Shown piece after piece: positions 1 through 10,696 of a DNA stretch of 64,000 nucleotides. The notes under the pieces were generated by a model. The model was not told the DNA's origin and did no database searches. It saw only the letters and a list, made by a program, of their open reading frames with translations. Source of the stretch: a virus; the IMG/VR virus record IMGVR_UViG_3300044846_003008, one strand, 5' to 3'. The translations under genes were made by a program, and so were the position numbers. Within the stretch, counting starts at the first letter, position 1. The number at the start of each line of letters is the position of its first letter.

Positions 1-865
1 CCGAAACCAAACTACATAAAGAACCACTCTTTAATGCCGGTTTACATTTAAGTTTTAAAGATTCATCATCATTCGATGAAATTAATGACCCCATAAAAAT
101 CGAGGTCGGTTGTATATTGATATTCTTTTCGGCTGATAAATCAAAGTCAGTTCTTGTAATACCTAAATTACATAATGTCTCATCACCCCATAAAGGTTCA
201 ACTTCCAATGTTCGATTAATCGTAATAATTTGTGGTAATTCATTAATATTTGTTGATGACTTAAATTTTGTTCCATCAACTTGTGCGGGTGTTGCAACCC
301 CCATTCTTATTAAATCTTGAGGTGATAATGAAAAATCACCAATATCTGATAAATCAACATTAACTACGATTGTCTGCGAACCAACAGGAACACCAAAAAT
401 CATATAATCACCACTTTCGTTAGTTATCGCATTGTATTTATAATATTTGTCATAAATCTCAATTTTGGTTTGATTAGTTAAAACATCTTTTCGAGTGAAA
501 AATGAACCCGTCGGAACGTGGTTACTATAAGATTGTTCTGAAGGTAATAGATTGTATCTATAACCAATATCATTAACTTGACTTAAAGTCTTATACGGAT
601 ATAAGTCCGCGATAATCGGATTGTTCGCTTCATCATCACTTGATAGTGGGATGAAGATAGATACTTTAGCGTTAGGGACTCCAAAACCATTGTTAATACT
701 AACACGACCAACTATGACACCATAATCAGAACATTTTCTTGTATAAACCTCGCTTTGTAGTAATTTTAACGATAAAATCTCAAGGTATTCGAAATCTTGG
801 TCAATTCTAACTTTAATTGATTTGTCAACACCAGGGGTTGTTCTTATTCTATATGAATTCGACAT
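1..865 (-). CDS. Phage structural/baseplate-region protein, partial (runs off the left end)
   Basis: Not in the ORF track. Read manually: ATG at 865, MSNSYRIRTTPGVDKSIKVRIDQDFEYLEILSLK...GRVSINNGFGVPNAKVSIF...TNESGDYMIFGVPVG..., open to position 1. Beta-sandwich (carboxypeptidase-regulatory-like) pattern. TATTTAT motif at 880-886. Follows the baseplate wedge genes. Confidence 0.75.
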   Translation of the reverse strand, partial: MSNSYRIRTTPGVDKSIKVRIDQDFEYLEILSLKLLQSEVYTRKCSDYGVIVGRVSINNGFGVPNAKVSIFIPLSSDDEANNPIIADLYPYKTLSQVNDIGYRYNLLPSEQSYSNHVPTGSFFTRKDVLTNQTKIEIYDKYYKYNAITNESGDYMIFGVPVGSQTIVVNVDLSDIGDFSLSPQDLIRMGVATPAQVDGTKFKSSTNINELPQIITINRTLEVEPLWGDETLCNLGITRTDFDLSAEKNINIQPTSIFMGSLISSNDDESLKLKCKPALKSGSLCSLVS

Positions 866-936
866 TTAATTCTTTTATAATAAATAGTTTATCTGCTATT
901 TTTAAAAGATAAATGATTAAAATTCAAAATAAATCA

Positions 937-2775
937 TCAACTAAAATTAGTTACCGCTAGATTCTTAACACGAATATTAATATCTTTACTTGGATATCTA
1001 ATTTGGTAGGTTTGACTTGGTTGTGCAAATATAGTGTCATCAATCAATTCAATCTCTCTTGTCTCACTATCAGCGTATCTTTGTGACGTTTGTGATGACG
1101 AATATTGACCCCCAACTTTATTGAAGACCTTAATATCTGAAATTGATAACACCCCATTTTGTGATTGTAGAATTCTTCTAATTTCCGAAACGTTTACGTT
1201 CTGCCCCATTTGTCTATTACCCGGCTCAAAATAATCGGACACACTATTAATGATTTGTGAAATCACAGAACCTTGATTCTGACTACTATCTAGTACAACA
1301 TCAATAGTCACACCCAAATCAATAACATTTGCGGTTTGGATTGAGATATAGTCATTCATCATTCGATAATTAGATAAGTAATTCGCCACATTATTTTTTA
1401 ATGTGTCAGAAACAATTTCAGTTAATTTTCCTGACTCATCATATGATAACATTTTAATTACAACTTTGTTGTTTTCTTCCGTAATAGCAACTTTAGCGGG
1501 AGCCCCAAACAATGAAGGCATTGTTCTAATTAAAGAATCGTAATCACTAACTGTAACCGCTCTATTTTGAGCTGAGAAGTTAAACGCCACTAAGTTTCTA
1601 ACTTCTTCCACAGTTGGGAAATCAGCCCCACCAATTGCCGCGGTAACGTTGTTACATCTTAATGAATTAACTACTGTTGTATTAACTGACTCCGATGGAC
1701 CATTCACAAAGAAAGAAACCGTTCCAATTTGTGTTATAACATTAACACCAAGGTTAGTTGATGTTCCCCCACCGATTCTATACTGAACAAATAATGTTGA
1801 ATTAGATTTTAATGTACTACCTAACGCTAAGTTATTAGAATATTTATATAAATTCAAATTATAACCATTTCTCGCAAACTCTCTAAGTTGTTCATCAGCC
1901 GATTGACTACCACCACCGAACGTCATTTTAAAGAAACCTTCAGGTGTGTATTCTGTGATAAACTTATCACTCGTCGCCATATACTTACCAACTTTAATTC
2001 CAGGACTATCCGATACTTTAGTTGGGTCCTCAACAAAGACTCTATCTTCCGCCAAGGCTTTAACCTCATACCATCTGTTATCTAAACCAAGGAATTCACT
2101 ATTTGATGGGACATTACCATATTGTGTTCCGTCTTTTAACAACACACTAGTTACCCCCAATACATTTTTCTCAGGTAAAAATAATTCATAAAATGGTTTA
2201 ACATCGTTAGGTGTAATCACTTTTTTGAATACCTTTGTTGTGCCATTTACAATAGTCTCACGTTTAGTGATAGTATAATTAATTAATTTGTTGTTTGAAT
2301 CGAAATTCGGTATTTTAACCCTATTTGGAAATCCATCACCATTAATTGGGGATGCAAAATCAATATCATAAACCGTTTCAAAGATTTGTCCCGCACCATT
2401 CACTTGAGAACCTCTTCTCAAGATACCACAATAACGTAAATCTTCTTTATCTCCGTAGGCAGGAACCGTAATTGAGAAATCAATTAAAGCAACCGATGGT
2501 CTTTGACCCGGAACTTTTAAACCATATGTTCTCGCAATATTATAAATTGAAGACCTTTGTTGTGCGTATTGTAACACTGTCTCTTGGATACTTCTATCTA
2601 TGTTAAATTGTAAGTTATCTGTTACCGCAGCATTTAAATCCAATAATACGGAGAATACTGACGCGTCATTAACATTATCAATTAAGTCAGGGTAATAAGT
2701 CCTTGTGAAGTTAATTAACTCAGTTCTTATTGATTGGTAATCCCTTGTAGTGTACGAAATTTTCTTATTAGCCAT
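937..2775 (-). CDS. Baseplate wedge subunit (T4 gp6 / baseplate J-like)
   Basis: N-terminal 'YTTRDYQSIRTELINF...', 'YRIGGG..TN', 'GGAD..TVEEVR', 'QNRAVTVSDY' are typical gp6/J motifs. Lies directly after a gp25-like gene. Confidence 0.9.
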   Translation of the reverse strand: MANKKISYTTRDYQSIRTELINFTRTYYPDLIDNVNDASVFSVLLDLNAAVTDNLQFNIDRSIQETVLQYAQQRSSIYNIARTYGLKVPGQRPSVALIDFSITVPAYGDKEDLRYCGILRRGSQVNGAGQIFETVYDIDFASPINGDGFPNRVKIPNFDSNNKLINYTITKRETIVNGTTKVFKKVITPNDVKPFYELFLPEKNVLGVTSVLLKDGTQYGNVPSNSEFLGLDNRWYEVKALAEDRVFVEDPTKVSDSPGIKVGKYMATSDKFITEYTPEGFFKMTFGGGSQSADEQLREFARNGYNLNLYKYSNNLALGSTLKSNSTLFVQYRIGGGTSTNLGVNVITQIGTVSFFVNGPSESVNTTVVNSLRCNNVTAAIGGADFPTVEEVRNLVAFNFSAQNRAVTVSDYDSLIRTMPSLFGAPAKVAITEENNKVVIKMLSYDESGKLTEIVSDTLKNNVANYLSNYRMMNDYISIQTANVIDLGVTIDVVLDSSQNQGSVISQIINSVSDYFEPGNRQMGQNVNVSEIRRILQSQNGVLSISDIKVFNKVGGQYSSSQTSQRYADSETREIELIDDTIFAQPSQTYQIRYPSKDINIRVKNLAVTNFS

Positions 2776-2776
2776 A

Positions 2777-3235
2777 TTATAAATTTATAATCACAAAATC
2801 ACTTGAACTAAACGCATCGTCGTTTAACAAGTAATCAATTTTAATTTTTGCGGTATGTTCTTTAGTTCCAATACCAGGAACTCTAAAAACTCTCTCATCA
2901 TTACCATTAACAAATGTCCCCATATCCTCTTCAGCATCAGATGCTGCCGTTACTGAAATATTCGTAATAGTTATCCCCGGTATATACTCTTTTACCGAAT
3001 CTCTAATTTCCGATTCAATCTCAGAAAACGTCGGACCATCCATTGGTTCAAAAATATACTCATATAATCTTGTTCCAAAATCAGGTAAATAATATCGTGT
3101 ACCCTTTCGTGTTAATAAAAGGTGTATCAAATTTGTTCGTATCTCTTCCTGATTACTTTCTGATAAATCTAAAAATTTACCATCATAAGAATCTCTAAAC
3201 GGAAAATTAATACCATATGTTAATCCATTTGCCAT
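2777..3235 (-). CDS. Baseplate wedge / sheath initiator (T4 gp25 / gpW-like)
   Basis: 'GINFPF...IRTNLIHLLLTRKGTRYYLPDFGTRLYEYIFEP' is the gp25 signature. True start is probably MANGLTYG at 3235; the ORF-track start at 3352 overlaps the nrdA end and its terminator. Confidence 0.9.
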   Translation of the reverse strand: MANGLTYGINFPFRDSYDGKFLDLSESNQEEIRTNLIHLLLTRKGTRYYLPDFGTRLYEYIFEPMDGPTFSEIESEIRDSVKEYIPGITITNISVTAASDAEEDMGTFVNGNDERVFRVPGIGTKEHTAKIKIDYLLNDDAFSSSDFVIINL

Positions 3236-3287
3236 ATACCATAAATATAATGTGGTAATAATTTTTTTGTATACAGATATAAAATAA

Positions 3288-3314
3288 AAAACTCCCGACA
3301 ATGCCGAGAGTTTT
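3288..3314 (-). terminator. Rho-independent terminator after nrdA
   Basis: Minus strand AAAACTCTCGGC-ATT-GTCGGGAGTTTT hairpin followed by a T-rich run, just after the nrdA stop. Confidence 0.75.
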
Positions 3315-3330
3315 AAAGTATTTTGTTTTC

Positions 3331-5745
3331 TTATGAAGAACAACCAAAACATTCGAATTCAGAATCCGCGGGTTTTGCTGGAACAACATCAACTATTGGT
3401 TTTTCATTTTTAGGTTTTTCTCTTTTTGAGACATCAACCGCCAAATGTTTCGCTCCTGTTGAAATAGCCTTTGTTCTAATATAGTAACTTAACGTTTTCA
3501 AACCTTTTTCCCATCCGTGGAAGTGTGATGAGGTGATTTTTGATAATGTAGGGTTACCCATATAGATGTTCATTGATTGTGATTGGTCAATAAATGGTGC
3601 TCTGTCAGCCGCCATATCAATCAATTCTCTTTGAGATATCTCCCAAATTGTTTTGTATTTCAACATTAAATGTTCAATACGTGTTACTTTTTTATTGTAG
3701 TTTTTATCTTCAACATCTAAGTAATTATTGAAATTAATGTTTTGAATTGACCCCTCATTTATAATGATATCATTTTTTAAATCTTCACACCAAATTCCGA
3801 TTTTTTCGAAATCTTGAATTAAGTATTTGTTTACGATTAAAATTTCACCACCAACAACACGTCTGTTAAATAACGCTGAGTGTGCAGGTTCTGTCATTTC
3901 AAATGACCCCGTTATCTTCGCTGAAGACGCTACCGGCATCTGAGCTGAGAATAGTGAGTTACAAATACCATATTTTTTAACACTATCTTTTAATGAAGAC
4001 CAATCCCACATTCCTGATAAATCATCTTCAGTTAATCCCCACATATCAAATTGGAACACTCCTTGAGACATTGGTGAACCTTCGAAGAACTTATATGGTT
4101 CGTATTTTTCCTCAATACATAATTGGTTACTTTCTGTAATCGCCGCGAAGTAAATTGTTTCGAAAATTTGTTTGTTTAATTTTCTCGCATCCTCAGATGT
4201 AAATACATAATCCAATAAGTAGAATACATCAGCTAACCCTTGAGTTCCAATTGCAATAGCTCTTTGTTCTAAACCACCTTTAAGTCCTTTTTCAGTTGAG
4301 TAACTATTAATGTTAATAACTTTGTTCAAAGTTCTTGTTACTTTTCTAACCTCATCAAACAATAATTTGAAATTGAATTTACCATCAACGATGAAGTTTT
4401 TCAATACCATAGAAGATAACGTACAAATCGCAGTTGTTTCCTCATCAGTGTATTGGAATATCTCAGCACATAAGTTAGATTGGTGAATAACCCCAATGTT
4501 TTGGTGGTTAGTTTTCTTATTAGCATTATCTTTAGAACATAAATAAGGAACACCTGTTTCAATTTGTGACTCAATAATTTTAGTCCAAACTTCAGTTGCA
4601 CTTACTTTTTTACCAAGACCTAACTCAATCGCTTTTGCATAGTTTTGTTCGTATTCATCACCATAAGATTCCTGCAATGGTTTGATACCCGCTTTCTTAA
4701 TATCGTTAGGACAGAACAAATACCAATCGGAATTATTCTTAACCGCTCTCATAAAGTTATCAGGAACCCATAATGCAGTAAACAAGTCTCTCGCTCTTAA
4801 CTCATCTTTACCTGTATTCTTTTTGATATCCAATAAATCAAAAATATCTTTATGCCAAGGTTCGATATAGATAGCTGCACTACCAGGTCTTCTACCTTGT
4901 TGATTAAAGAATCTTAATGATTCGTTAACTATTTTAAGATACTTTAATAATCCACCCGCAAAACCACCTGAAGTTGTTATACGACTTTCTTTACTTCTTT
5001 GATTTGACATACATAACCCAATACCTGCGGCATCAGAAGAATACGTTGAAATGTCATTTAATGTCCCTAACAACCCTTGTCTTGAATCTGAATTGTTGTA
5101 ATGTAATACACAAGACGCTAACTGAGGAATCAATGTCCCTGAGTTAATCATAATAGGTGTCGCTTTAGATATTCTTTGTTCCGACAATGATTTGTAATAA
5201 TCAATTGCTTCATCATAAGAATCTGTTACCCACAACGCAATTCTCATATACATATGTTGTGGTCTTTCAATAACTTTACCATTTGGTAATTTCAACAGAT
5301 ACATTTCTTGTAATGCTTTCCAAGCGAAGAAATCGAAGTTATAATCATTTTCGTGATTAATTATCGAATCAATATTACTTGGTCCGTATTTCTCAATTAC
5401 ACTCATTAGATTATCGTGAACAACACCTTCAGTATGTAATATGTGCATAGTTTCACTAAAACTATCAAGAGTGTCTTTATGATATGCTGAGATAGCAACT
5501 GACGACGCCAATCTTGAGTAGTCGTGATGACTACCAGTGTATGAGGACGCAATCTCATACACTAATTTATCTAATTCTTTTGTTGTAATATACCCTTCAG
5601 TAGGTAATGACGTTGTTACTTTAATGAAAATCTCATCAAAGTTAACATTAAGACCTTTCGCCGCCTTCTTAACTCGGTTGTAAATTTTTTGAGGATTAAA
5701 TGATTGTTTCTCCCCGTTTCTTTTTTTAATTTTTAATGACATCAT
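3331..5745 (-). CDS. nrdA: Ribonucleotide reductase class Ia alpha subunit with N-terminal ATP-cone
   Basis: ATP cone 'KIKKRNGEKQSFNPQKI', 'PQLASC', 'QQGRRPGS', 'SNLCAEI', 'MPVASS', 'KTLSYYIR', C-terminal 'ECFGCSS'. Confidence 0.97.
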   Translation of the reverse strand: MMSLKIKKRNGEKQSFNPQKIYNRVKKAAKGLNVNFDEIFIKVTTSLPTEGYITTKELDKLVYEIASSYTGSHHDYSRLASSVAISAYHKDTLDSFSETMHILHTEGVVHDNLMSVIEKYGPSNIDSIINHENDYNFDFFAWKALQEMYLLKLPNGKVIERPQHMYMRIALWVTDSYDEAIDYYKSLSEQRISKATPIMINSGTLIPQLASCVLHYNNSDSRQGLLGTLNDISTYSSDAAGIGLCMSNQRSKESRITTSGGFAGGLLKYLKIVNESLRFFNQQGRRPGSAAIYIEPWHKDIFDLLDIKKNTGKDELRARDLFTALWVPDNFMRAVKNNSDWYLFCPNDIKKAGIKPLQESYGDEYEQNYAKAIELGLGKKVSATEVWTKIIESQIETGVPYLCSKDNANKKTNHQNIGVIHQSNLCAEIFQYTDEETTAICTLSSMVLKNFIVDGKFNFKLLFDEVRKVTRTLNKVININSYSTEKGLKGGLEQRAIAIGTQGLADVFYLLDYVFTSEDARKLNKQIFETIYFAAITESNQLCIEEKYEPYKFFEGSPMSQGVFQFDMWGLTEDDLSGMWDWSSLKDSVKKYGICNSLFSAQMPVASSAKITGSFEMTEPAHSALFNRRVVGGEILIVNKYLIQDFEKIGIWCEDLKNDIIINEGSIQNINFNNYLDVEDKNYNKKVTRIEHLMLKYKTIWEISQRELIDMAADRAPFIDQSQSMNIYMGNPTLSKITSSHFHGWEKGLKTLSYYIRTKAISTGAKHLAVDVSKREKPKNEKPIVDVVPAKPADSEFECFGCSS

Positions 5746-5763
5746 AATGATTAAAATAATTTA

Positions 5764-6711
5764 TTAAAACTCGTCAGTGAACGTAATTGACTCATTCAAT
5801 TTCGCCTTTTGGTATTCAAGGGTTCTATTTTCAAAGAAGTTACCTTTAGTTTCAACCGCAATCTGTTCCATAAATTTGAAAGGTTGTTCGACATTAAATT
5901 CTTTACTACAACCTAACTTATATAATAGACCATCCACTACAAATTCTAAATATTGTTTCATTAGATTTTGATTCATACCAATTAAAGAAACAGGTAGTGA
6001 TTCGGTTATAAATTCTTTCTCAATTTCTAACGCTGAAAGTAAGATTTCTTTGATACGTTTTTCACTTGGTCTGTCAACAATATGGTGGTTTAATAAGTGA
6101 ATAGCGAAGTCACAGTGAAGATTTTCGTCCTTGAAAATCAATGCGTTAGCGTCACATAAACCTTGCATAATCCCTCTTGATTTCAACCAAAATATTGAAC
6201 AAAATGAACCTGAAAAAAATATTCCTTCTACCGCTGCAAAAGCAATTAAACGTTCTTGGAATGATGCGTTTTCAATCCAATCTAAAGCCCACTTAGACTT
6301 CTTTTGGACTGCAGGTAATCTATCAATTGCGTGAAAACAATCATCTTTTTCCTTAGAGTCTGTGATATAAGTATCAATCAATAAAGAATAAGTTAATGAG
6401 TGTTCATTCTCCATCGCAATTTGAAATCCATAGAAGAATTTCGCCTCAGCATATTGAACCTCTCTTGAGAAGTTCTCAGCGATATTTTCATTCACAATAC
6501 CATCTGACGCTGCGAAAAATGCCAAGATATTTTTAATGAAATATTTTTCATTATCTGACAAATTTTCCCAATCTCGAATATCATCACTTAAATCAAATTC
6601 TTCAGCCGTCCAAAACGCTGCTTTATGGTCTTTGTAAAATTGCCATATATCGTGGTGTTGTATTGGGAACACCACGAATCTATCAGGGTTTGGTTTTAAT
6701 ATGTTTTCCAT
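5764..6711 (-). CDS. nrdB: Ribonucleotide reductase class Ia beta subunit
   Basis: 'FWTAEE', '[12 protein letters not shown]', 'ENEHSLTY', '[10 protein letters not shown]', 'DENLH', 'NFFE': di-iron ligands and the radical Tyr are present. Confidence 0.97.
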   Translation of the reverse strand: MENILKPNPDRFVVFPIQHHDIWQFYKDHKAAFWTAEEFDLSDDIRDWENLSDNEKYFIKNILAFFAASDGIVNENIAENFSREVQYAEAKFFYGFQIAMENEHSLTYSLLIDTYITDSKEKDDCFHAIDRLPAVQKKSKWALDWIENASFQERLIAFAAVEGIFFSGSFCSIFWLKSRGIMQGLCDANALIFKDENLHCDFAIHLLNHHIVDRPSEKRIKEILLSALEIEKEFITESLPVSLIGMNQNLMKQYLEFVVDGLLYKLGCSKEFNVEQPFKFMEQIAVETKGNFFENRTLEYQKAKLNESITFTDEF

Positions 6712-6713
6712 AA

Positions 6714-8108
6714 TTAATTATTGTTTTTCTTTTTTTGTTCTTCTCTCTCTTTTCGTTTATCCAACAACTCACGAACTTTATCACGTTGTTTTTGCTCGTT
6801 TTGTTCTTCAAGACCTAAGAATGTTACTGACGTTTCAGTATCAATGTCTAACATTCCGTTATCAAATTTACAATTCTCAAAAACAACACCATCGTCACCG
6901 ATACGTGATTTTGTAATTGCAATAGTCGCCAATTTCATTTCTTTCTGTTGTAATGACTTAGCAACAGAAATAATAACGTGACCAACTTGAGCCTTTTTAA
7001 TTGAACCCCCCATTTGGTCAGTTGTTACAACTTCAGACGAAATTGAACTTCTATTACCTTGAGTTGCGGTCCAACCAACTAAATTTAATTCGTGACACAT
7101 CGCTTCGAATGCTCTCATTACAGAACCTTCAGACTTCCATTCGTCACCCAAATTCTTATCAGGTAATACACAATCAATATAATCTAATGAAATCATATCA
7201 ACCTTAATACCATCAGCAATCATTTTTCTGACTTGGTTCTTGATTTGTAACATTGTTATCGTATCAGACGGAAGTTTCTTTAAAATTAACTGATTCGGCA
7301 TTGTTGTCTTAATCTCGTTAACTTTAAGTAAAACCTCATCTTTACGAGTTGTTAACTCATCAGGATGTATCTTAGTCCACAAAGTTATGTGTTTTCTTTG
7401 AATAATCTTAGGATTATCTTCAAAAAATAATTGTAATACGTTATACCCAAGGTTAAACGCGTGATTTGTGATTTTAGTCATCAATGTAGTTTTACCCACA
7501 CCTGTTGGTGCTAATACAACTCCGATTTCACCTTTAGCTAAACCCCCTTTTAAGAGCTTATCTATTCCTGAAATACCCATTGGTATAGGATGTCTATAAT
7601 CCTCATCTAAGACCTCTTCTAAATTAGAGAAAACGTTGGTCATACCATCTTCTCTTTCTCCAACTTGTAATGCCGTTCTAACTAATTGTTCGACTTTATC
7701 GTAGTTTTCAAATTCCCCACCATCAATGATTTTTTGAGCTTTGTTCATCACTTTCTGTAACTCTTGTTGTTTACAGAATTTCATCGCTTTTTCTTGAACG
7801 AAGTCACCTCCTTCGATTGGTGCGTCTTTTATTTTACTAATAGTATCTATAACAATTTTAGACGCAGTTTCTTGTTGTAATTCCGATTTTGTAATTTGTT
7901 CCAACGTATCGAAAGTTGGAACGTGTTCGTATTTTGAATAATATTCTCTAATCATTTGGATGATTAGTTTGAAATATTTATTCTCAAAATAATTGACTTC
8001 AATCACGTCGATAATAGACCTTGCGAAATCTTTATCGACGATGATTTGGTTTAATAATTGTAGCTGAAAACCACTACCTAAGTACTCGAAATTTTTATTT
8101 GAACTCAT
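6714..8108 (-). CDS. Replicative helicase (DnaB / T4 gp41-like)
   Basis: Walker A 'APTGVGKTT', Walker B 'SLDYID', 'WTATQGNR', 'KSRIG'. Confidence 0.93.
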   Translation of the reverse strand: MSSNKNFEYLGSGFQLQLLNQIIVDKDFARSIIDVIEVNYFENKYFKLIIQMIREYYSKYEHVPTFDTLEQITKSELQQETASKIVIDTISKIKDAPIEGGDFVQEKAMKFCKQQELQKVMNKAQKIIDGGEFENYDKVEQLVRTALQVGEREDGMTNVFSNLEEVLDEDYRHPIPMGISGIDKLLKGGLAKGEIGVVLAPTGVGKTTLMTKITNHAFNLGYNVLQLFFEDNPKIIQRKHITLWTKIHPDELTTRKDEVLLKVNEIKTTMPNQLILKKLPSDTITMLQIKNQVRKMIADGIKVDMISLDYIDCVLPDKNLGDEWKSEGSVMRAFEAMCHELNLVGWTATQGNRSSISSEVVTTDQMGGSIKKAQVGHVIISVAKSLQQKEMKLATIAITKSRIGDDGVVFENCKFDNGMLDIDTETSVTFLGLEEQNEQKQRDKVRELLDKRKEREEQKKKNNN

Positions 8109-8135
8109 ATTTTAAAATTGATTTATAAATAAATA

Positions 8136-8591
8136 TTACGCGTCTAGACTAACATTAAAATATTCGTAAGATAAATTTTCTGATGAAAAAATGTCAGTTA
8201 ATGACATAAGTAAGTTTTTTAGGTGTGGACGTACATCCACAGTGTATCTTATTTTTGGAGGGTAGATTTTAGCGTCGATTTGACGATTAAAAATAATTGA
8301 ATCTCCTTGTTTAATGTACACATTGAAGTATTCAGGTCCATCAGTATATGATGTATCTAAAACTGTTGGGTTGTTAGAAATCTCGTACATATTGTCCATC
8401 ATATATGTTACGGTTTTCATTTTTAACTGATGTTCTAAATCAGATTTAAAATCCTTAATTAAATCATATAGGTCACTTGAATTTTTAGCTTTAGGATTGA
8501 AATCCTTAACATTAAAAAAACGTTGTACGATAATGTTATCATTTACCGTCATTAAAAATTCTAACTTTGTTGATTCGTGTTGTTCTCTCAT
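8136..8591 (-). CDS. Hypothetical protein in the replication operon
   Basis: 151-aa ORF tightly packed between the exonuclease and helicase genes. No motif recognised. Confidence 0.8.
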   Translation of the reverse strand: MREQHESTKLEFLMTVNDNIIVQRFFNVKDFNPKAKNSSDLYDLIKDFKSDLEHQLKMKTVTYMMDNMYEISNNPTVLDTSYTDGPEYFNVYIKQGDSIIFNRQIDAKIYPPKIRYTVDVRPHLKNLLMSLTDIFSSENLSYEYFNVSLDA

Positions 8592-8595
8592 AATT

Positions 8596-9597
8596 TTATT
8601 TATTAAACTTTCTTTTTTCTTTTCTTGTTAATTTTAAAAAGGGTGTTAAAAAATTCACCCAAGCATTGTCACCTTTCGGTAGGAACTTGAAGAATCCATC
8701 TTCCATCATCAATTTGATAACATTCCTATGACCTCGACCATCAGGGTCTAAGGTTTCTGAGTAATATTCGTTTACTATGTTTTTCCCATCTTCAGTTATT
8801 AAAGGGTTTGACAAATCTACAATTTTTTCGTTAATCACAAAAAATTCATCACCATAAATCCCACTCTTAGTTTTACCCGTTAAAAGATTCTGTAACACCT
8901 TGTTATCTTTATCTTCTTTGTGTAGGATTTCTGCCTTCTCTAAAATATCGGTGAATTTTACTTCTCGGTCAAGTAGCTCAGGAAATAATTTCGCCAAGGT
9001 CTTATCCCCAAGGTAATAGATACCATCAATATTATCCGATTTATCACCGGCTATAATCTTGTAAGTCTTAACGTTATAGTGAGGAATTTCAATATCCTTA
9101 AACTTAATAGTGTCACCAAGTTTGTAATATTGTTTTAAATCAGGTAAATAAACTCTTACCTTATCCGAAATCAATTGAGTTAAATCACGGTCACCTGAGA
9201 ATATTGTTTTATCTTCATCAGGTGAGATTTGACAATAGTAAGCAATCAAATCATCAGCTTCGTTATTATCGACCAACACCTGTCTTATAAACAACTCTTC
9301 CAAGTATTGTTTAACACGTTCCTTTTGTTCGGTAATAGAATCTTCTTTGGTTAAATCAAAAGGGGTCTTTCGATTCGCTTTGTATTGGGGGTATAATATT
9401 TTTCGTGATAATGAATTTTCATCACCATCCCAAAATACAACAACTTTATCGAAGTTTTCAGTATCAATAAATCGTCGTAGTGTGTTTATAAAGTGCCACA
9501 CTCCACCTATGTGTTTTCCGGAGTGAAAGAAATCTTTCACCCCGTGAACACCAATTTTAATTAGGTTGTTTCCATCAACCAATAAGGTTTTAGTCAT
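8596..9597 (-). CDS. 5'-3' exonuclease / flap endonuclease (PolI N-terminal / T4 RNase H-like)
   Basis: 'LLVDGNNL', 'YKANR', 'EADDLIA', 'SGDRDLTQL', 'GDKSDNIDGI..LGDKT'. Confidence 0.95.
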   Translation of the reverse strand: MTKTLLVDGNNLIKIGVHGVKDFFHSGKHIGGVWHFINTLRRFIDTENFDKVVVFWDGDENSLSRKILYPQYKANRKTPFDLTKEDSITEQKERVKQYLEELFIRQVLVDNNEADDLIAYYCQISPDEDKTIFSGDRDLTQLISDKVRVYLPDLKQYYKLGDTIKFKDIEIPHYNVKTYKIIAGDKSDNIDGIYYLGDKTLAKLFPELLDREVKFTDILEKAEILHKEDKDNKVLQNLLTGKTKSGIYGDEFFVINEKIVDLSNPLITEDGKNIVNEYYSETLDPDGRGHRNVIKLMMEDGFFKFLPKGDNAWVNFLTPFLKLTRKEKRKFNK

Positions 9598-9622
9598 TTT
9601 TTACCATTAAATGGTTCTACAA

Positions 9623-10624
9623 TCATTCTTCGAATTCTTCTTCCTCTGTTGGGACAAATACTTCACTAAGTTTAAAGTCACCCTCACCACCTAATTTCTT
9701 ATTCCAATAATCAGAAAATTCTTTTTTGTATTTCTCAATCGCCGATTTATCATCTTTGATGTAACCTTGAGGAACCGCTAATATTTTACCATCTTTATAT
9801 GATAATCCATTTACGTGATTCTTCAATATTGAGATTTTTGTTCTTGTCGCATAAACAACAGTTCTACCATTTTTAGTTGCGGTAATGTGATTAATACCGG
9901 CTTTCTTCTGATTACCAAATAAGAACACCAATGAAGATGCTAACCATATCGCCTCACCACCTTTTGCTTTAATCTCAGGTTGTCCAAATGGATTGTCAGG
10001 TAATTCAACCCAAGGTTGATTAATAACCACCATACTCGCCCAATATGGAACATCCTCTTTTTTGGTTTTAGATATTCTTGCAGAGATACCCATACCAATT
10101 TTATCTGCAAATGTTGCCGCGTTATGTTGTTTACCACCTTTACCGTCAAATGTCATTTTACAAGGAATTGACCCAACAGAATCCCATAAGAATACAATGT
10201 TGTAAGGTATTTCTCCTTTGTCTTGAGCATCCAAAATTTGATTAATGAAGTCAGTTGCTTGTTCAATATAGTCGAAACTATCATTGAAAATAAAATTACC
10301 ATCCCATTCACCATCAGAGTTTTGTTCCGCTTGAAGTCCCAATTCAACTGCGTGTTCCCAATTCCATTTTCTTTCCGTAATAACGAAAACAGGTAAATCA
10401 CCTTGTTTTTGTGCGTTTGCCGCCGCCAAAATCATCGCCGTTGTTTTTGACGAGTTTGAGTGACCTAAGAACATATTAATGTGTCCTTTACTTGGCCCAG
10501 GTAGACCACAAGCCTCAGCGAACTCTTCACCACAATCGTAAAAACTATCAGGTTTATATTTTGTTTTGGTTGAAAACTTACCTTTGATTGATTCTAATGA
10601 AAAATCTTTTTTCTTTACTGCCAT
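9623..10624 (-). CDS. RecA/UvsX-like recombinase
   Basis: Walker A-like 'GHSNSSKTT', 'FLWDSVGS', 'VINQ', 'KGGEA', 'KNHV'. Adjacent to the SSB gene. Confidence 0.88.
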   Translation of the reverse strand: MAVKKKDFSLESIKGKFSTKTKYKPDSFYDCGEEFAEACGLPGPSKGHINMFLGHSNSSKTTAMILAAANAQKQGDLPVFVITERKWNWEHAVELGLQAEQNSDGEWDGNFIFNDSFDYIEQATDFINQILDAQDKGEIPYNIVFLWDSVGSIPCKMTFDGKGGKQHNAATFADKIGMGISARISKTKKEDVPYWASMVVINQPWVELPDNPFGQPEIKAKGGEAIWLASSLVFLFGNQKKAGINHITATKNGRTVVYATRTKISILKNHVNGLSYKDGKILAVPQGYIKDDKSAIEKYKKEFSDYWNKKLGGEGDFKLSEVFVPTEEEEFEE

Positions 10625-10654
10625 ATATTGTGTTTTTAAATAAAAGATAAAAAA

Positions 10655-10681
10655 AGGTAGTGACTTTGTAAATCACTACCT
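10655..10681 (-). terminator. Terminator/attenuator after the SSB gene
   Basis: AGGTAGTGA-N9-TCACTACCT inverted repeat followed by a T-run on the minus strand. Confidence 0.75.
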
Positions 10682-10696
10682 ATCTATAGGTTCGTT

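Noticed and set aside
3207-3392. ORF-track ORF 3207-3392 and the upstream starts at 3352, 27585 and 34391
   Set aside because: They overlap terminators or neighbouring genes. Downstream ATGs (3235, 27513, 34325) fit the homology motifs and upstream signals better.
3331-8108. Inteins or group I introns in nrdA, nrdB or the helicase (also checked PolB)
   Set aside because: The ORFs are uninterrupted and of ordinary length, with no intein splice motifs or homing endonuclease seen.
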